DNA of 63,925 nt, the filler included, from Aduncisulcus paluster (lineage: Eukaryota): the NCBI GenBank assembly GCA_024181965.1. It is 6 parts of 6 records of this genome, joined end to end, with 100 filler letters (N's around TTAATTAATTAA, not from the genome) between each part and the next. Parts side by side here need not be neighbours in the genome. Positions count along the whole stretch, not along the records: positions 1 to 24,973 come from BQXS01010865.1; 5 more parts are not named here. One strand, given 5' to 3'. Each line of letters begins with the position of its first letter. The first letter of the stretch is position 1. Position numbers and translations under genes: made by a program. This document shows, in pieces, positions 1 to 13,700 of this stretch. The notes under the pieces are model-generated. The model did not search any database, had not been told where the DNA came from, and was given only the letters and a program-made list of their open reading frames with translations.

Positions 1-10
1 GTATCACGAA

Positions 11-2980
11 TTGTCTCAAATATTTGTTCCGTTCATTATTCGAGGTGAAATAGCTGTTTTAATTAGTGTTGGCTTCGATTCGACTCCTGTCAAACTCCCA
101 GACCTTACGTATTGTCTGGGTGTTTGTGTTTATCAGCGTTGTGTTCAATTACTGGAATACAGCAAATATTTACAAAAAGAATCAGATCCAGATGCAGAGA
201 GAATCGAAACTATCGATGAATCGGAACCAATCGCTTCAATACTTCGGAGGGCCTCGCATGAATCGAAGAAGACTTCTTCTCCTTCCAGAGTTCCCAGAGC
301 ATATAAATTCAAAAATAAGGATCAAATTGGGCATATCAACATTGATGGAGTGTCGTACCGAGATATTGAAGTTGTTCAGTGTTTCTCAGAGCTCTCCATA
401 GCTAAACAGTTTATATATGGCATAGAAATAGATTCTGACGAAGCCCCCGAACCAAAAGACCCACAATCTTCACTTTCTGTGCCTGGAAAACGACGTTTCT
501 TCGATAAAACTTCCGATGCGGGTATTATTTCCCCTCCTTCCTCCTCTTCCTCCTCTTCCTCCTCTTCTTCAACTTCATCTGTATTCCCTAACCCATCCCA
601 CAGTACAGTATACTGTACACAGTTCATTCAGTTTATTTCTCTCTCATCCGTGATTTCTTCAGCATATTCGTATTTATTCCCAGATAAATCTGCGTTGTAT
701 GCTCTGCACAGCCTTCAATACTCCCCTTATATCCAATATCAAACAGGTTCCTCCTCCTCATTCCCTCACCATCATCCTCCATCTCTCCCCAGAGCAGTTT
801 ATCCTAGATTTCATGCCACAGGGTTCCAGACTCACCTTTCACAGGGTTCTCAAGGTACAATTGGTGGAACTGTCGTCATAACACACCCAGCATCCGCACC
901 ACACTCATACAATCTCGAGACCAGCTCTCAATCTTCTCTCTCGCTCTCTCCGCCTGTGGGAGATGGGAGTATAGTGCAGCCTCAACCTTCTTCTACAGGT
1001 GCCTCACAGAGCATTGGGAGCATTCCTGGTCATACTCATACAATCTCGAGACCATCTCTCTCTCAACAAATGCTCTCTCAGGCCCCACACAGTGTTCATA
1101 TGTCTGGAATCGTATCGGGACATCAATCAAATGCCTCTGCCTCATCACGTGGAAAAGGACAGTACAGTACAGTATCACAGTCTTCACATCCTCCAACTAT
1201 GTCGTCATATCGTTCAGGTCACCATAATACTGGTAGTCATGCATTGATGTCACCCCCCTTTCCGATTATTGTGAACCCTCCAACTCTTTCTCTTTTGCTT
1301 GTGGATGTTCTTAGGGAGATTCATCTTGTCTTGCCGATATTGTATACTATGTCATCTGCATTGGGTCTCATTGATGAGAGTGTGGGGGCTTCAATCGTTC
1401 TCGGCACTGCCCTATGCATTCGGGTGTGGATGTGTGCCACCAGAGAGAAGAATGAAGCGGAAGAGCGTGCAGCTATTTATGGAGCTTCTTCTCAGGGGTC
1501 TATAAATAGCAGTGGGAGTGGTACTAGTGGGACAAGCATTACTGGCTCTGATGGACAAAGTAGTCAAGCTGTTCCTCAGAGATACCACCATCTCCACCCT
1601 TCTTCACACCCACAGCAGTTCAAGAGAGGTGCTCACATCACGCAGGGTTCATCTATGAGATCAGGGCTTCATCATTTAGGACAAAAGCATGTTCACATGA
1701 AGTATAGTACTTCTTCAGGGAATAATGCGGGAGCTGCATGGCATGGGAGCGGACATGCTTCCGATGGATCATCATCTATTGGTAGACCAATAACGTCTCG
1801 AGATCCTCATTCATCTCATTTTGGTGGTAGCTTTACCAAAGACAAAAAATACTCCCCCTTGGCTTCCTCTTCCTCTTCCTCTTCCTCCTCTTCCTCTTCA
1901 AGTACTATCGGTGGTGGTGGAGTGTCTGCTATGACTTCTGTTGGACATCCTCAGCATTCGATGGGTTCTTATAATACTTCTCAGAGTCTGGATGTGGCGT
2001 GTTCAACGTGTCAGACACGTACAATGGAGGCTTCTCCTTCCATGCGTATTGGAATGGGTGGTTCGATGTCATCTCAATCAACCGATGCACGGAGTCAACA
2101 TCAGATTGATCCCAGACATCAACATTCATTCCGACTATTTCCACAGTCTCACCAACATCCATCACAATACCAGCAGTACTCTCATTTGGTCCATCGTTCC
2201 ACTGGAGCTGGAACTGGAGCTGGAACAGGTCATCCCACTTCCGACAGTCAATTTCCCCATACTTCATCGATTCATACTCATTCTTCACACCAATCACATG
2301 GTACTACTGTGCAACAGCACAGTGCTAAAAATAGTTCGACACAATCTCATATTACTCATGGAACCGGTGCGAGCGCGGGTACGGGTACGGGAGGTAATGG
2401 TGGCCATACTTACTCAGATTCTATTTTTGGAACGTCGTCTGCTGCCAAAGATCTATCAAACCCCCAATCCAAGCCCAATATCTGGAAATATGTTCCATCC
2501 TCGATTCCATTGCTGATGCTTGCGTCAATGTTCACTTCTCCTGTGACTTTAAAACAGGAGTGTGACTATGTTTTGATGATGGAGAGTGATTGCGAGAGCG
2601 TTCAAGATGTTCTCGATCGTATTCCAGCCGATGTAAAGGATATTGCACGTGTTACACCACTCGTCTCAACATTTATTCAGCCAAAAATATTACAACGAAT
2701 CAATGCTCTAATTAAACCATATTGTATTGCTTTGATCAGGGCTCATGAAGTCTATGAAAGCCATCTTAAATTCGCAAATAGCGTTATGGAAGCCAAGAAA
2801 GAGAGTCTTATGGCTTTTATAGATAAAATCCAATCGGGAGCCATGGATGAAGGTGGATTCAGTCAATTCACAACACAACAACAAAGCTTGGGAAGCCAAC
2901 CAAGCGGACATCCTAGGAGTCAAGTATCACAACCCAGATTTTCTCAGCAAACGTATAAATATCAACAAAAGGATAAATAG
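11..2980 (+). CDS. Hypothetical protein, 5'-partial; small ordered blocks separated by long Ser/His/Gln/Gly-rich low-complexity tracts
   Basis: 989-codon ORF whose frame is open to the window edge (TAT CAC GAA TTG...); followed by AT-rich intergenic DNA; no family recognised. Confidence 0.75.
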   Translation: MSQIFVPFIIRGEIAVLISVGFDSTPVKLPDLTYCLGVCVYQRCVQLLEYSKYLQKESDPDAERIETIDESEPIASILRRASHESKKTSSPSRVPRAYKFKNKDQIGHINIDGVSYRDIEVVQCFSELSIAKQFIYGIEIDSDEAPEPKDPQSSLSVPGKRRFFDKTSDAGIISPPSSSSSSSSSSSTSSVFPNPSHSTVYCTQFIQFISLSSVISSAYSYLFPDKSALYALHSLQYSPYIQYQTGSSSSFPHHHPPSLPRAVYPRFHATGFQTHLSQGSQGTIGGTVVITHPASAPHSYNLETSSQSSLSLSPPVGDGSIVQPQPSSTGASQSIGSIPGHTHTISRPSLSQQMLSQAPHSVHMSGIVSGHQSNASASSRGKGQYSTVSQSSHPPTMSSYRSGHHNTGSHALMSPPFPIIVNPPTLSLLLVDVLREIHLVLPILYTMSSALGLIDESVGASIVLGTALCIRVWMCATREKNEAEERAAIYGASSQGSINSSGSGTSGTSITGSDGQSSQAVPQRYHHLHPSSHPQQFKRGAHITQGSSMRSGLHHLGQKHVHMKYSTSSGNNAGAAWHGSGHASDGSSSIGRPITSRDPHSSHFGGSFTKDKKYSPLASSSSSSSSSSSSSTIGGGGVSAMTSVGHPQHSMGSYNTSQSLDVACSTCQTRTMEASPSMRIGMGGSMSSQSTDARSQHQIDPRHQHSFRLFPQSHQHPSQYQQYSHLVHRSTGAGTGAGTGHPTSDSQFPHTSSIHTHSSHQSHGTTVQQHSAKNSSTQSHITHGTGASAGTGTGGNGGHTYSDSIFGTSSAAKDLSNPQSKPNIWKYVPSSIPLLMLASMFTSPVTLKQECDYVLMMESDCESVQDVLDRIPADVKDIARVTPLVSTFIQPKILQRINALIKPYCIALIRAHEVYESHLKFANSVMEAKKESLMAFIDKIQSGAMDEGGFSQFTTQQQSLGSQPSGHPRSQVSQPRFSQQTYKYQQKDK

Positions 2981-3263
2981 AAATGAGTTCAACTTATGAG
3001 TATTTTTTAAATAATAATCATCACATCACGGCGTAATACCAGTCCATAGATCATAATTAATAAATTTTCCCCTTTCTTACTTGTGGAGTTCTTGTGTTAA
3101 CCCCAGAATTTTTTTAAATATTGAATTTATAACCAAATTCGTATTTTTAATTAACAATAGTTTTTTAAGTCATACTAAAAGCACGAATATATTAATTCAT
3201 TTACATTTTTATTATTGTACCATGACTTAACCATTCCATGGATTTGACTCACCTTATACCCAT

Positions 3264-4338
3264 ATGTCTTTTCAAACTCCCTCAAAACCAGCTTCATCAT
3301 CCAGAAGTATGTAATCTTTTTTGCATTTTTGGACAAAATTTTCATTTCCACTTTTGTATTTCTCAATTCTTATCCTTTACGCTATTTTACACATGAAAAT
3401 TTAATTTGTGTGATCATTTTGGAATATAACTAACCACTGTGATTAATATTTTATCCTAATCCTATTATATTTTCAAAAAAATCACCCTAATCAATATTTG
3501 ATATTTTCTTCCAAATCGCTTCCTTATTTTCCTCCTTTTACAAAATTTTTTAGGTTTATTAACTGATATGAGAACTATCCCTCTCTCTCCTTCTCTTTCT
3601 AGGCTCTCTGACGTTACTGAAAGATTATCCCAGTTCCAACAGTCTGTCGAGACGGAAATGATGCAAAGACAGAGTCAAGAAGCCAAAAAGTTGCAAGTTG
3701 TCAGGGATGCTGTCACTCATTTGAACAAAGTTATTCAATTGGAAACCAAGCGTCGCCAAGACATGGTCAAGAAGCTTCAGCTATCCCTTGAGACAGAAAT
3801 AGATTCTTCAATCCGTCAACTTCAATCTGATATCCGTCAAATGCATGAGAAGTTTGCTCCTGCTGTTGAAGAAATAGATAAAGATCTCGATGAACTCACT
3901 CATAAATTAAAGACTGAGGAGGAAACTCGGAAAGATCACAGCAGTGAGCAAAAAATTGGAATAAGCAAGGAAATTGAGAATCTTCGTTCTGATCTTGAAG
4001 CCGAGAAGGATGAACGTGAAGTTCGTTACGCATCCATGCAAAGTCAACTTGAGCAAGAGGTCAGTATGTTAAGAGATAAGATGGCCGCCGAGACCACTGA
4101 GCGTGAGGCCGCCATTGTTGCATTTGGAAGAGATTTCGAAACAGATAATGTCACTAAGAATGAAGCCATCCTGAAGAAACACAAACACCTTGATGGAATG
4201 GTATCTTCTCTAAGAGACCAGCTAGAAACAGAGTGTTCAGTCCGCCAAAGAGGAGAGGATCAGATTTGTACAGCCATTGAACAAATTATGGAAAATTTGA
4301 GTGGAGGTGTCATGGTTGTCAGTAGAGGTGGAAGATAA
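3264..4338 (+). CDS. SF-assemblin/beta-giardin family striated-fibre protein, two exons (3264-3306, 3554-4338), 275 aa
   Basis: Pro/Ser-rich head (MSFQTPSKPASSSRSLLTDMRTIPLSPS) followed by a coiled-coil rod with E-x-KRR-x-D (LETKRRQD) and repeated E-x-x-x-R-E motifs; size typical of the family; exon 1 joins in frame across a GTATGT..TTAG intron. Confidence 0.85.
3307..3553 (+). other. Spliceosomal intron, 247 nt, phase 1
   Basis: Donor GTATGTAATCTT at 3307, acceptor TTTTTTAG ending at 3553; AT-rich; splicing gives A|GT (Ser) and a continuous frame into ATG 3568. Confidence 0.8.
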
Positions 4339-4724
4339 GGGTCTAATATGGATCCATTATATTACAGTATGATTTTCACCATATTGAGGTTCCTGAATTT
4401 TCTTTTTTGCCATCTGTTCCCTTTCAAAATGAAGAATGTCTTCTACAATCGTATATGAAACCTTAACTTGCCTAAATTGTATAAATTTGTACTTTAATAG
4501 AGTAAATAATAGTTTATTTTTCACTTATTACGAATGTAAATTGAAATATCCCGCTACAGAGAAAATTTTGGGTTTCCGCGAAATTGATAAAAATATGCAT
4601 GATTTATCGAATAAAAAATCAATACTGATTTCTAGAAATTTGAAGTTTATTATTTAATGTCCATATAGTTTTGAAATATCAAGATTATTTACTAAGAGCT
4701 AATATTGGCTTTCTTTGTTCAATA

Positions 4725-7700
4725 ATGATCCCATCCAAAGATCTTTGGACGTTGCCAAAACTATCGCAACCGATTCCCAAATCTAGAAAACGTCCACGGA
4801 CAAGGAAGAGTGTTTCAAGAGGCGTTCTTACATCTCGCCCACAAAGAGAAGTTACTAGGAGAATTGGAGCGGCAAATTCATTATTATCAGAATTAAAAAC
4901 ATCTTCTGAAGTCATTGCATATTTTGCAAAAGCGTCTTTGGATGATGCTGTAAAATTTGTTCATCTAGTCCCAGCCCTACCTAGAAGCCACCCATTATTC
5001 AATCCATATGACCTTAAAGTAATTCCTCAGGATCAAATACATAGATATTCCGAATATATGACCATTAGTGTGAAGGGAGTTGTTACAGTTCAGAAAGGAA
5101 AGCCATCTGAAGTCACTCCCCTTCCTCAATGGATATCTGAGGGGTCAATATATGGATCTCTTAGATCGTTATCATATTTTAAACAATTTTTACAAGCCAA
5201 ATATATTCATCGGTGGAGAGCCTTCCTTCGATTCAGAAGGTTCCATAGAAATCGACAATCCATTGAAAATAAGGGATTTTTCTCCCGCCCTCACTTTTTT
5301 AAATGTCTAAAAGTCTGCCATGAAGCCTGTGTTATCCTCAAAGATTTTAGAGGTCTCAAACTTTCCGAGACCAAGCAAACATATGAACACAGTGAATTCA
5401 AGGAAGGTCAATTGCGTGTCCACCTTCGGTTGAAAGAATTGGTTGACAAGACACTATCTGTATTGCATTCCTCCGTCCTCCAAGTGTGTAAGGAAGTTGA
5501 TAGACATGCCCATGTTGCTGAAACCGAAGAAGATCTCAGAATCGCACGCATTGAAGAAGGAGAGGAGGAAGAAGGGATCACAGCAATTGCTTTGAGCATG
5601 AATTTACGCAAACTCAGTATCACAGAGGCCAAGCGTATCGTTGATGTGCGGCGGAAAGGTATTGTTCGTGCAAGAAAAGAGGAAAAAGCTCTGTGCAGTT
5701 TTGTTAGAGTCATTGATACTATGTTTGTTGAGAGTGTTCTTGTAATGCTGAACAACAGTGTTAAATCTTTCCGTGAACACATGGATGTCATTCTGGAGCG
5801 TGGAAAAGTTGGTCTATTCAGTACAAAGTTATCATTTACCCCCCAAGGGTTACGCTTGAAACCAAATGTCCACGAATACACTAAGACTTTTCTGTCTCTC
5901 CTTGACTCTCTCCTTAACAAGATAGATGGTCAAAGCGTCGTCAGAATTCCTCTTTCCGAAGGTCTTAAAACATACATATTGCGAGGAAGTGACACCCTGC
6001 CCACATGTCCACCTGTCAGGACCTTTCTGCAACATATGGAAGTCTACCGTGAAAACAAGGAGGTAGTTGTGAAACAGCTTGAATCTGACTTCAAAAAGGC
6101 TGAAAAAGCATGTGAACAGCTTAGTAATTTCTGGACTATTTATTCACTCGGTGAGGCTTGGAAGTATGACGATTTCATGACGAGTAAGCTTGTCCTCAAT
6201 TCTGATGGAATGTTTGTTCTCAAGGAAGATCCAGAATTGCAAGCAGAGTGGAATCAGCATGTATCTCATTCCCAAAACATTTATGCCACGCATGTTACAG
6301 CTAAATTGGCGAATAATAACGAACACAATGCCCCCTCCGAGACTTCTGAAATGAAATCTGTCATTGCTGCTCTTTCTCTCGCTCCCCCTCCTCTCCCACA
6401 GTCAGGAGTCCCTACTGAAGATATGTTCTTGACTCTTCCGACTCTTCGCCGTTCCCCAGCCGATATTCGGACTGCCTTGGATGTTGCAAAGATTTGGGAA
6501 GTTGAAGTAGAGCGCATGAGGACCAGTCTACATGTAGGGATTATTCAGGTAGACACGAGGAAGCAACGGATTGAGTTCCAACCTATCCCCGATTTGATTA
6601 AGGAAGACTCAATCAAATTGGCACTGAGCATATCTGGAAATCTCTGCGACGTTTGCACAAATGCTCTGAGGATCCATCGTTCAGCCCTTGAAAACAAACC
6701 CTCCAATTTGGCTGATTATGTTACATTTGTCCTCTATGTGAGTGTGTGTGAGAGTGAATTAGTTCGAATTGACGAAGAAATTGAAGAAATTGCTCTATAT
6801 CATGAAGTCGTTGAGGATGTCGGTGCTGAACTCCGCGTGGCTGACCAGACAAAATTGGCATCTTTGCGTGAGGTTCGTGAAGCCACTGCCATCAAGCTTG
6901 AGGACGCCCATTGCTTCATCAAAGAGCGTGCAAGGAAAATGGAAGCCGCTGTCAAACAAACCACTGCAAGTCTCAATGAAGATGTCAAGAGTACTCGAGT
7001 TGAATTAACATCTCCTTTGTTAATTACACCTCAATCCGATGCAGAACAAGTTCTCCAACGACTTGCAACCATCAGAACCAGTGTAACTGACCTTGAGAAA
7101 CGAGCTCTGATTATACAGCATTACCAAGAAACCCTTCAGATATCCCACACGTCAATGGCTCACGTGGAACATCTCAGAGATACCTATAAGACCCGGACAG
7201 AGCTCTGGAAGACTGTACTTTCACTGCAGCAGAAGAAGGATCATTGGTATAACGATGATTTCAGGAAGCTCAATGTGGATCAGGTGGTGAATGATATCCA
7301 GGAACATTATCGGCTCTCTGTGAAATTACAGAGATCTCTGAAAGGAGATGAAGTTGCCAAGACTCTGCGTAACGATTGTGACTATTTCAAACAATTGTCT
7401 TCCTTCATATCTGACCTTGGAAATCCTGCCTTGAGAGATAGGCATTGGGAGAACATCTTTCGACTCGTGGAAGGTGGAGAAGGATTGGCTTCCACTCATT
7501 TCTCGCTCGCTCATTTACTCGAATTGGGGCTTCCATCGTTCAAGTCAGAAATTGCAGATATCTCTGGAATTGCCAGTGGAGAATACAGTCTAATTTTAGC
7601 TCTTGAGAAGATCAGTAGTGGCTGGGAAGATTCTCAATTTGAAATTAAGAAGCATGAACGTGTGGGTCTCAAGGATGAAGCTTATATCCTTGCGACGGTT

Positions 7701-10700
7701 GAGGACATCACTCAACAGCTGGAAGACAATCAGGTGACTCTTCAGACAATGTTTGCATCAAGGTTTATTTCAGGGATCCGAAGTGGAGTCGAGCGTTGGG
7801 AAAAGCTTCTTTCCTTACTGAGTGATATTCTTGATGAGTGGATCGTTGCTCAACGTGGTTGGATGTATCTTGAAGTTATCTTCTCGCAACCAGATATCCA
7901 AAGACAACTCCCCAGAGAAAGCAATGAGTTCCAACAAATTAATTCTGTATGGTTAAGTTCCATGAAGAAAATCCATCTTAATCCACGGGTATTAGATGTT
8001 CTTAAGATTCCTAACCTTTTCAAAACATTTAAAGATGTCAACACAACACTTGAAAGTATTCAGAAACGTCTCGAAGACTATTTAGAAACCAAACGTGTCA
8101 GTTTCCCAAGATTTTACTTCTTATCTAATGACGAATTACTTGAGATCCTGTCCCAAACCACAGACCCACGTGCAGTCCAACCCCATCTTCGGAAATGTTT
8201 CGATAACATTGCCAAAGTTACCTTCACTGAACAAATTCGAGAAAAAGAGGAAGACGATAATAATCTTGGAGCCTCCAGTGGTGGAATTGGACTTGATATT
8301 TCCAGTCGTCTCAAATCTCTCGCCGTCACATCTTCTCCTCGCTTGTCATCCCCAACAGGAGCATCCTCTATCTCATCTCTTGTTCCTCTCCCTCCGGTTG
8401 TCACTGCGCTACATTCATCTGAGGGTGAGTCCGTGCAACTCAGTCGTGCCGTGATCGCCACTGGTCCCGTTGAGTCTTGGCTACTCAGTCTTGAAGCTGG
8501 TATGAGAGAAACTGTAAGACACACGAATTACAGTGCTCTGAATGCCATGTCAAGTGTTGGTGCTGTCGCAGAGTTTGTTGTTCAATGTATTAAGGGTGCT
8601 TCTGAAGACACTCTTGAAGGAAGCTCAAGCGGGACATCTTTCACTTCAAAATCTAGAAAATCCAAGAAAAAACCTCTTCTTGGTCGTTCAACTTCTTCTT
8701 CTCTTTCAAAATCCTCTCTTCCTCCCATTTCACAGCAAGATCGTGAAGCCACATTAACGGGTTCCGTGACATCCCAATCAGATCTGCCTCAGACTAAACA
8801 CGAGTTCTCAAGGGACAAATGGATGTTTGAGCATCCTGGCCAGGCTGTGCTTATGTCTGACCAGTGCATGTGGACGGGTGCCATGGAACAGGCTTTAACA
8901 GCCATTTCCTCAGGTAGAGATGCTAAGGCTATGAAGAAACTATATGGTGCCGTGTGTGATGATATTCAAGGCATGGTTAAGCTCGTGCGTTGTAATTTGA
9001 CAAAGCTTCAACGTCGTGTTGTGAGTACTTTGATGATTATTGGTGTGCATGAAAGAGATGTTACCCAAGCCCTACGTGCAGGTGTGGACAAAGCAAGAAG
9101 TATCAATGCGTTTAGTTGGCAGAAACAACTCAGATTCTATTGGGATAATGAAGCATCTCCGCCCAGAGGAGCTAATAGATCTCACGGCACTCTGTATAAT
9201 CTAATGAAAGGATCTTTGCCGATGGAAGTGAATGGAGAATGTGTTGTGCGTCAAACGAACACTCAGTTGAATTATTGTTACGAATATATCGGTCCAGCAT
9301 CTCGCCTTGTCATTACTCCGCTTACCGATAAGGTGTACATGACTCTGACAACTGCCTTGCATTTCCATCTCGGTGGGTCGCCTCAGGGACCGGCTGGAAC
9401 CGGTAAAACTGAAACTGTTAAAGATCTTGGAAAAGGTCTTAGTGTTATGACCATTGTTACCAATTGTGGAGAAGGTCTGAGTTACAAGGCCATGGGAACT
9501 TTCTTCTCTGGTTTGGCCCAAACTGGTGGATTTGCTTGTTTCGATGAGTTTAACCGTATTCACATTGAAGTTTTGAGTGTTATTGCACAGCAGATCTTGA
9601 CCATCCAACAGGCCATCCAGGCTGAGGAGAGCCATTTCCTGTTCGAAGGCCGTGAAATCTCTCTCAATCCCTCATGTGGTATCTTTATCACGATGAATCC
9701 TGGATATGCCGGTCGTACCGAGCTTCCTGATAATCTGGCTGCACTGTTCAGACCTGTGGCTTGTATGGTCCCTGACTATGCAATGATTGCTGAGATTACT
9801 CTCTTTTCTGAAGGATTTGTAGATGCCAAGAGTCTTGCCAGGAAAATGTCTCAACTCTACAAGCTTTCTTCTGAGCAGTTGAGTCAACAAAAGCATTACG
9901 ATTTTGGTATGCGTGCTGTGAAATCTGTTCTTGTGATGGCTGGGTCTCTAATGCGTGCTGCACCAGATCAACATGAAGACATTACCCTCATTCGTGCCAT
10001 GGTTGACAGTAACGTTCCCAAGTTTCTCAAGGACGATGTTCCTCTATTTTTAGGTATTGTTCAAGATTTGTTCCCCGGAGCTTCGATTCCCCAAGTTGAT
10101 TATGGTCTTCTTGAGAGTGTTATTGTCGATGAGATAAAGAAGAGAAATTTGATACCTTTCCCAGCGTTTGTGAAGAAAGTCTTGCAGTTCTATGAGACTC
10201 ACTGCGTAAGACACGGAGTCATGCTTGTTGGTGAAGCCAGTACTGGAAAAGAAACTGTTAGATCTATTCTTGCATCTTCTTTGACAACCCTGTCGAAGAG
10301 AGACGATGCCGAAGAACTATCTCCACACTACAAAGAAGTGGTGCAACATATTTTGAATCCCAAGGCTCTTTCTCTTCCTGAACTATATGGTGCCTTCAAT
10401 GAAGTTTCCCACGAATGGACAGATGGTCTTATTGCTGCGATCACTCGAATTGTCGTGTCTGCTTCACACAAACGTTCAGACAAACATTACCTTGTATTTG
10501 ATGGTCCTGTGGATGCTCTCTGGATTGAGAACATGAATACTTGTCTGGATGATAACAAATTACTCTGTCTGGCAAATTCTGAGCGTATCAGGCTTCCATC
10601 CACTCTGAATCTATTGTTCCAGGTCGAGGATCTGGCTGTTGCTTCCCCGGCTACTGTTAGTCGATGTGGTATGGTTTTCCTTGGTTATGAACATCTTGGA

Positions 10701-13700
10701 TATCTAAATATCTTAAAAGGTTGGGCACAAAATACAAAGACCAGGCATACGTTCGCCTGTTTCTGTGGGTTGAAGGAATTGGGTGTTGATTTGAATGGTG
10801 ATTCCATTCTAGTTGATGCTGTCGTTAGCAAAAACAAAGCCTTCAAGAACCAGAAAAAGAAACCAGAGAGCAAGGGAAGTTCTGAAGAAGAGGAAGAAGA
10901 AGAGGCCAGGTCTGATTCAAAAAACAAAAATGATGAAGAAGAGGAAGAAGAGGAAGAAGAGGTTAAACAACCAGAATCTATTATTATTGATGAAGAGTTG
11001 TCATATCCAGATTCCTTTATACAAATGAAGAGAGCTTGTTACACTCTTGCTGACAATACACTTGAACGTGTAATTGAACAATTATCATTTGTTATTCCTT
11101 CTATATTGAAGTTATTCCACCAGGACATACGACCCATGATTCCTGTAAATGATGTTCAACTTGTCCGCTCTGCTCTTGACTTGTTCACTTCGTCTATTCA
11201 TGTTTATACTACTGACATTCTCGCTCACGTTCATCCTGATTCTTCTGAACAGGCAGCTTCTTCCTCTTCTGCTGCCTATATCCCGTCTGGACAGCTCACT
11301 TCTCATGATGCTATGGTGTGGAAACAGAATTATGCTCCTGGGGCTCCCATTTCATGTATCTCCCTTGTTGACATGTTGCTTTATTTCAGTGTTGTGTGGG
11401 GAATTGGAGGAGTATGCTGTGGGTCTGAAATTGATAAGTTTGATGTCATTATGCGTCGTTGTGTTGATGCCACGAAGACTACATCCCTTATCAACATTAT
11501 GGGTACTACTGACATGGCTGGCAGTTCGACACGTCCTTCCTCCTCTTCCTCTTCTCTCTCTTCCTCTTCTCTCCAGCAACCAACTATTCCACAGTCAGTG
11601 TTACAATTGGCTTCAATATGTCCTAATGGTGGAACTGTTCATGAGTTCTATGTCGATACAAAGAGTGTTCGGTTCAGGAAATGGCAAGAAAAGACCCCTG
11701 TGTTCACTTTCAATCCTTCATTATCATTTTATTCTCAGTTTGTTCACACCTCAGACACTATTAAACTCACCCATTTGCTTGATGTCTTACAACAGGGTGG
11801 GCACAATGTACTTTTTGTTGGAGAAACTGGTACCAGTAAGACTGTAGTGATTCAAAAATATCTTGGAGAAGCCGAAGAGATGGACAAAAGGAAGTTTGTT
11901 AGCGGCGATACTACTTTGTCAGCTCAAACAACTTCTCAGCAGATGCTTATGGCTCTTGAGTCGAAATTGGAGAAGAAACGTAAGAATCTGTATGGTCCTC
12001 CCGCTGGGAAACGAATGATATTATTCATTGATGATCTAAATATGCCCGAACGCGAAGAATATGGTGCTCAGCCTCCTCTTGAATTGCTCAGACAAGTGAT
12101 AAAGTACGGCGGTGCTTACGACACAGATAAGCTATTCTTTAAACATTATGATGGCATTCAGTTTGTTGCTGCCTGTGGACCTCCTGGAGGAGGCCGAAGT
12201 GAGATGAGTGCCCGTTTGACTGACAAGTTCTCTGTTATTATGACTCAACAGCTTGGTAATGAAAGTATGAATACGATATTTAGTAGTTTATTAGGGGGAT
12301 TCTTCAACACTCCGTCCGCTGACCCTTCATTATTGTTTGCTGACAATGTCCTTGATCTTGCCAATCCTTTGTCAAACAGTATTGTTGATATCTACCAGAG
12401 AATGTGTTCAGAACTTCGTCCCACCCCGCAAAAGACACATTACACGTTCAATCTGCGTGATGCTGGTAAGATTGTCCAAGGTATCCTGCGTTTAACTCCT
12501 TCTCAGAAGATATCTTGCATGGATGTGTGTGATTTATGGATCCATGAATGTTGTCGTATTTTTAGGGATCGTCTCATCAATGATGACGATCGTAAATGGT
12601 TTGACAAGACTGTTATTGAGACTCTGAAAAGAAACTTACAATCGTGCGACATTGAAGACCTGAATGTGTCTGCATTCGACTCCATTGACCCTGCAATGGT
12701 TGTTTTTGGATCGATGCTCCCGTCTCCTGAAGAAGAGAAAGCTCTTGGCAAGTTGATTGACGAGGAAGGTCTGAATCCAGGTGTAGCAAAGGATACTATC
12801 TGTGCGTATAAGAATATTTCTGCACAGAAAGATGCTTTGTTGGATGCTTTAGTTGCCTCCCAAGATGATTTCAATCTCAACCATAAAGAACAACGTAACC
12901 TTGTGTTCTTCCCTGAGGCTGTCCTGTCAGTGTCTAGAATTGCTAGATCTCTCACATTGCCACGTGGACATGTCCTTCTCATTGGGGTTGGAGGATCAGG
13001 GCGTCAGTCGTTGTCGCGAACTGCTTCTTATCTATGTGGATATGATGTTGTCCAGCCTGAGATGTCAAAGGGGTATGGAATTCCTGAGTTTAAAGAAGAT
13101 ATTAAGGGTGTATTGAAGACTGCTGGAAATGGCATTCCTGTTGTACTATTATTGTCTGATAACAATATTGTCAAGGAATCTTTCCTCGAGGTGTTGAATA
13201 ACCTATTAAACGGTGGAGAAGTTCCCAATCTATGGCTTCCTGAAGAAATTGAGGAGATTTGTGGAATTGTACGTGATGTTGCTAAGAAACAAGGTATTCT
13301 GGAGACGCGTGATAACTTATATAAACTGTTTGTCCAAAGATGTCGTGAATATCTCCATGTTGTCCTTTGTTTCTCTCCAGCAAGTGGAACTTTCAGGGAT
13401 CGTATTCGGAATGTCCCGGGTCTTGTGAATTGTACAACATGTATCTGGGTCGATCAATGGCCTTCTGATGCTTTGTTTAGTGTAGCTCAGAGTGAATTGA
13501 AGAAATACGGCCTTGAGAAATACGTGGGGTCAACAGTGGGTTCATCCAAATCGAAGAATGGCGAAGATGAAGAGGAGGAAGAGGAAGAAGAAGAGGAACG
13601 TAGCCATGATGGAAGAGGAGGAAAGAACAAGAAATTCTCTAAAAAGGATGGAAAACAAGATACTGAGAAAGAAGCTGAACGCATTGCCAAAGAGCAAGAA

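Noticed and set aside
11-1440. Cyclin-like fold split by insertions in the first ORF
   Set aside because: Only vague helix-pattern resemblance; no diagnostic motif visible by eye.
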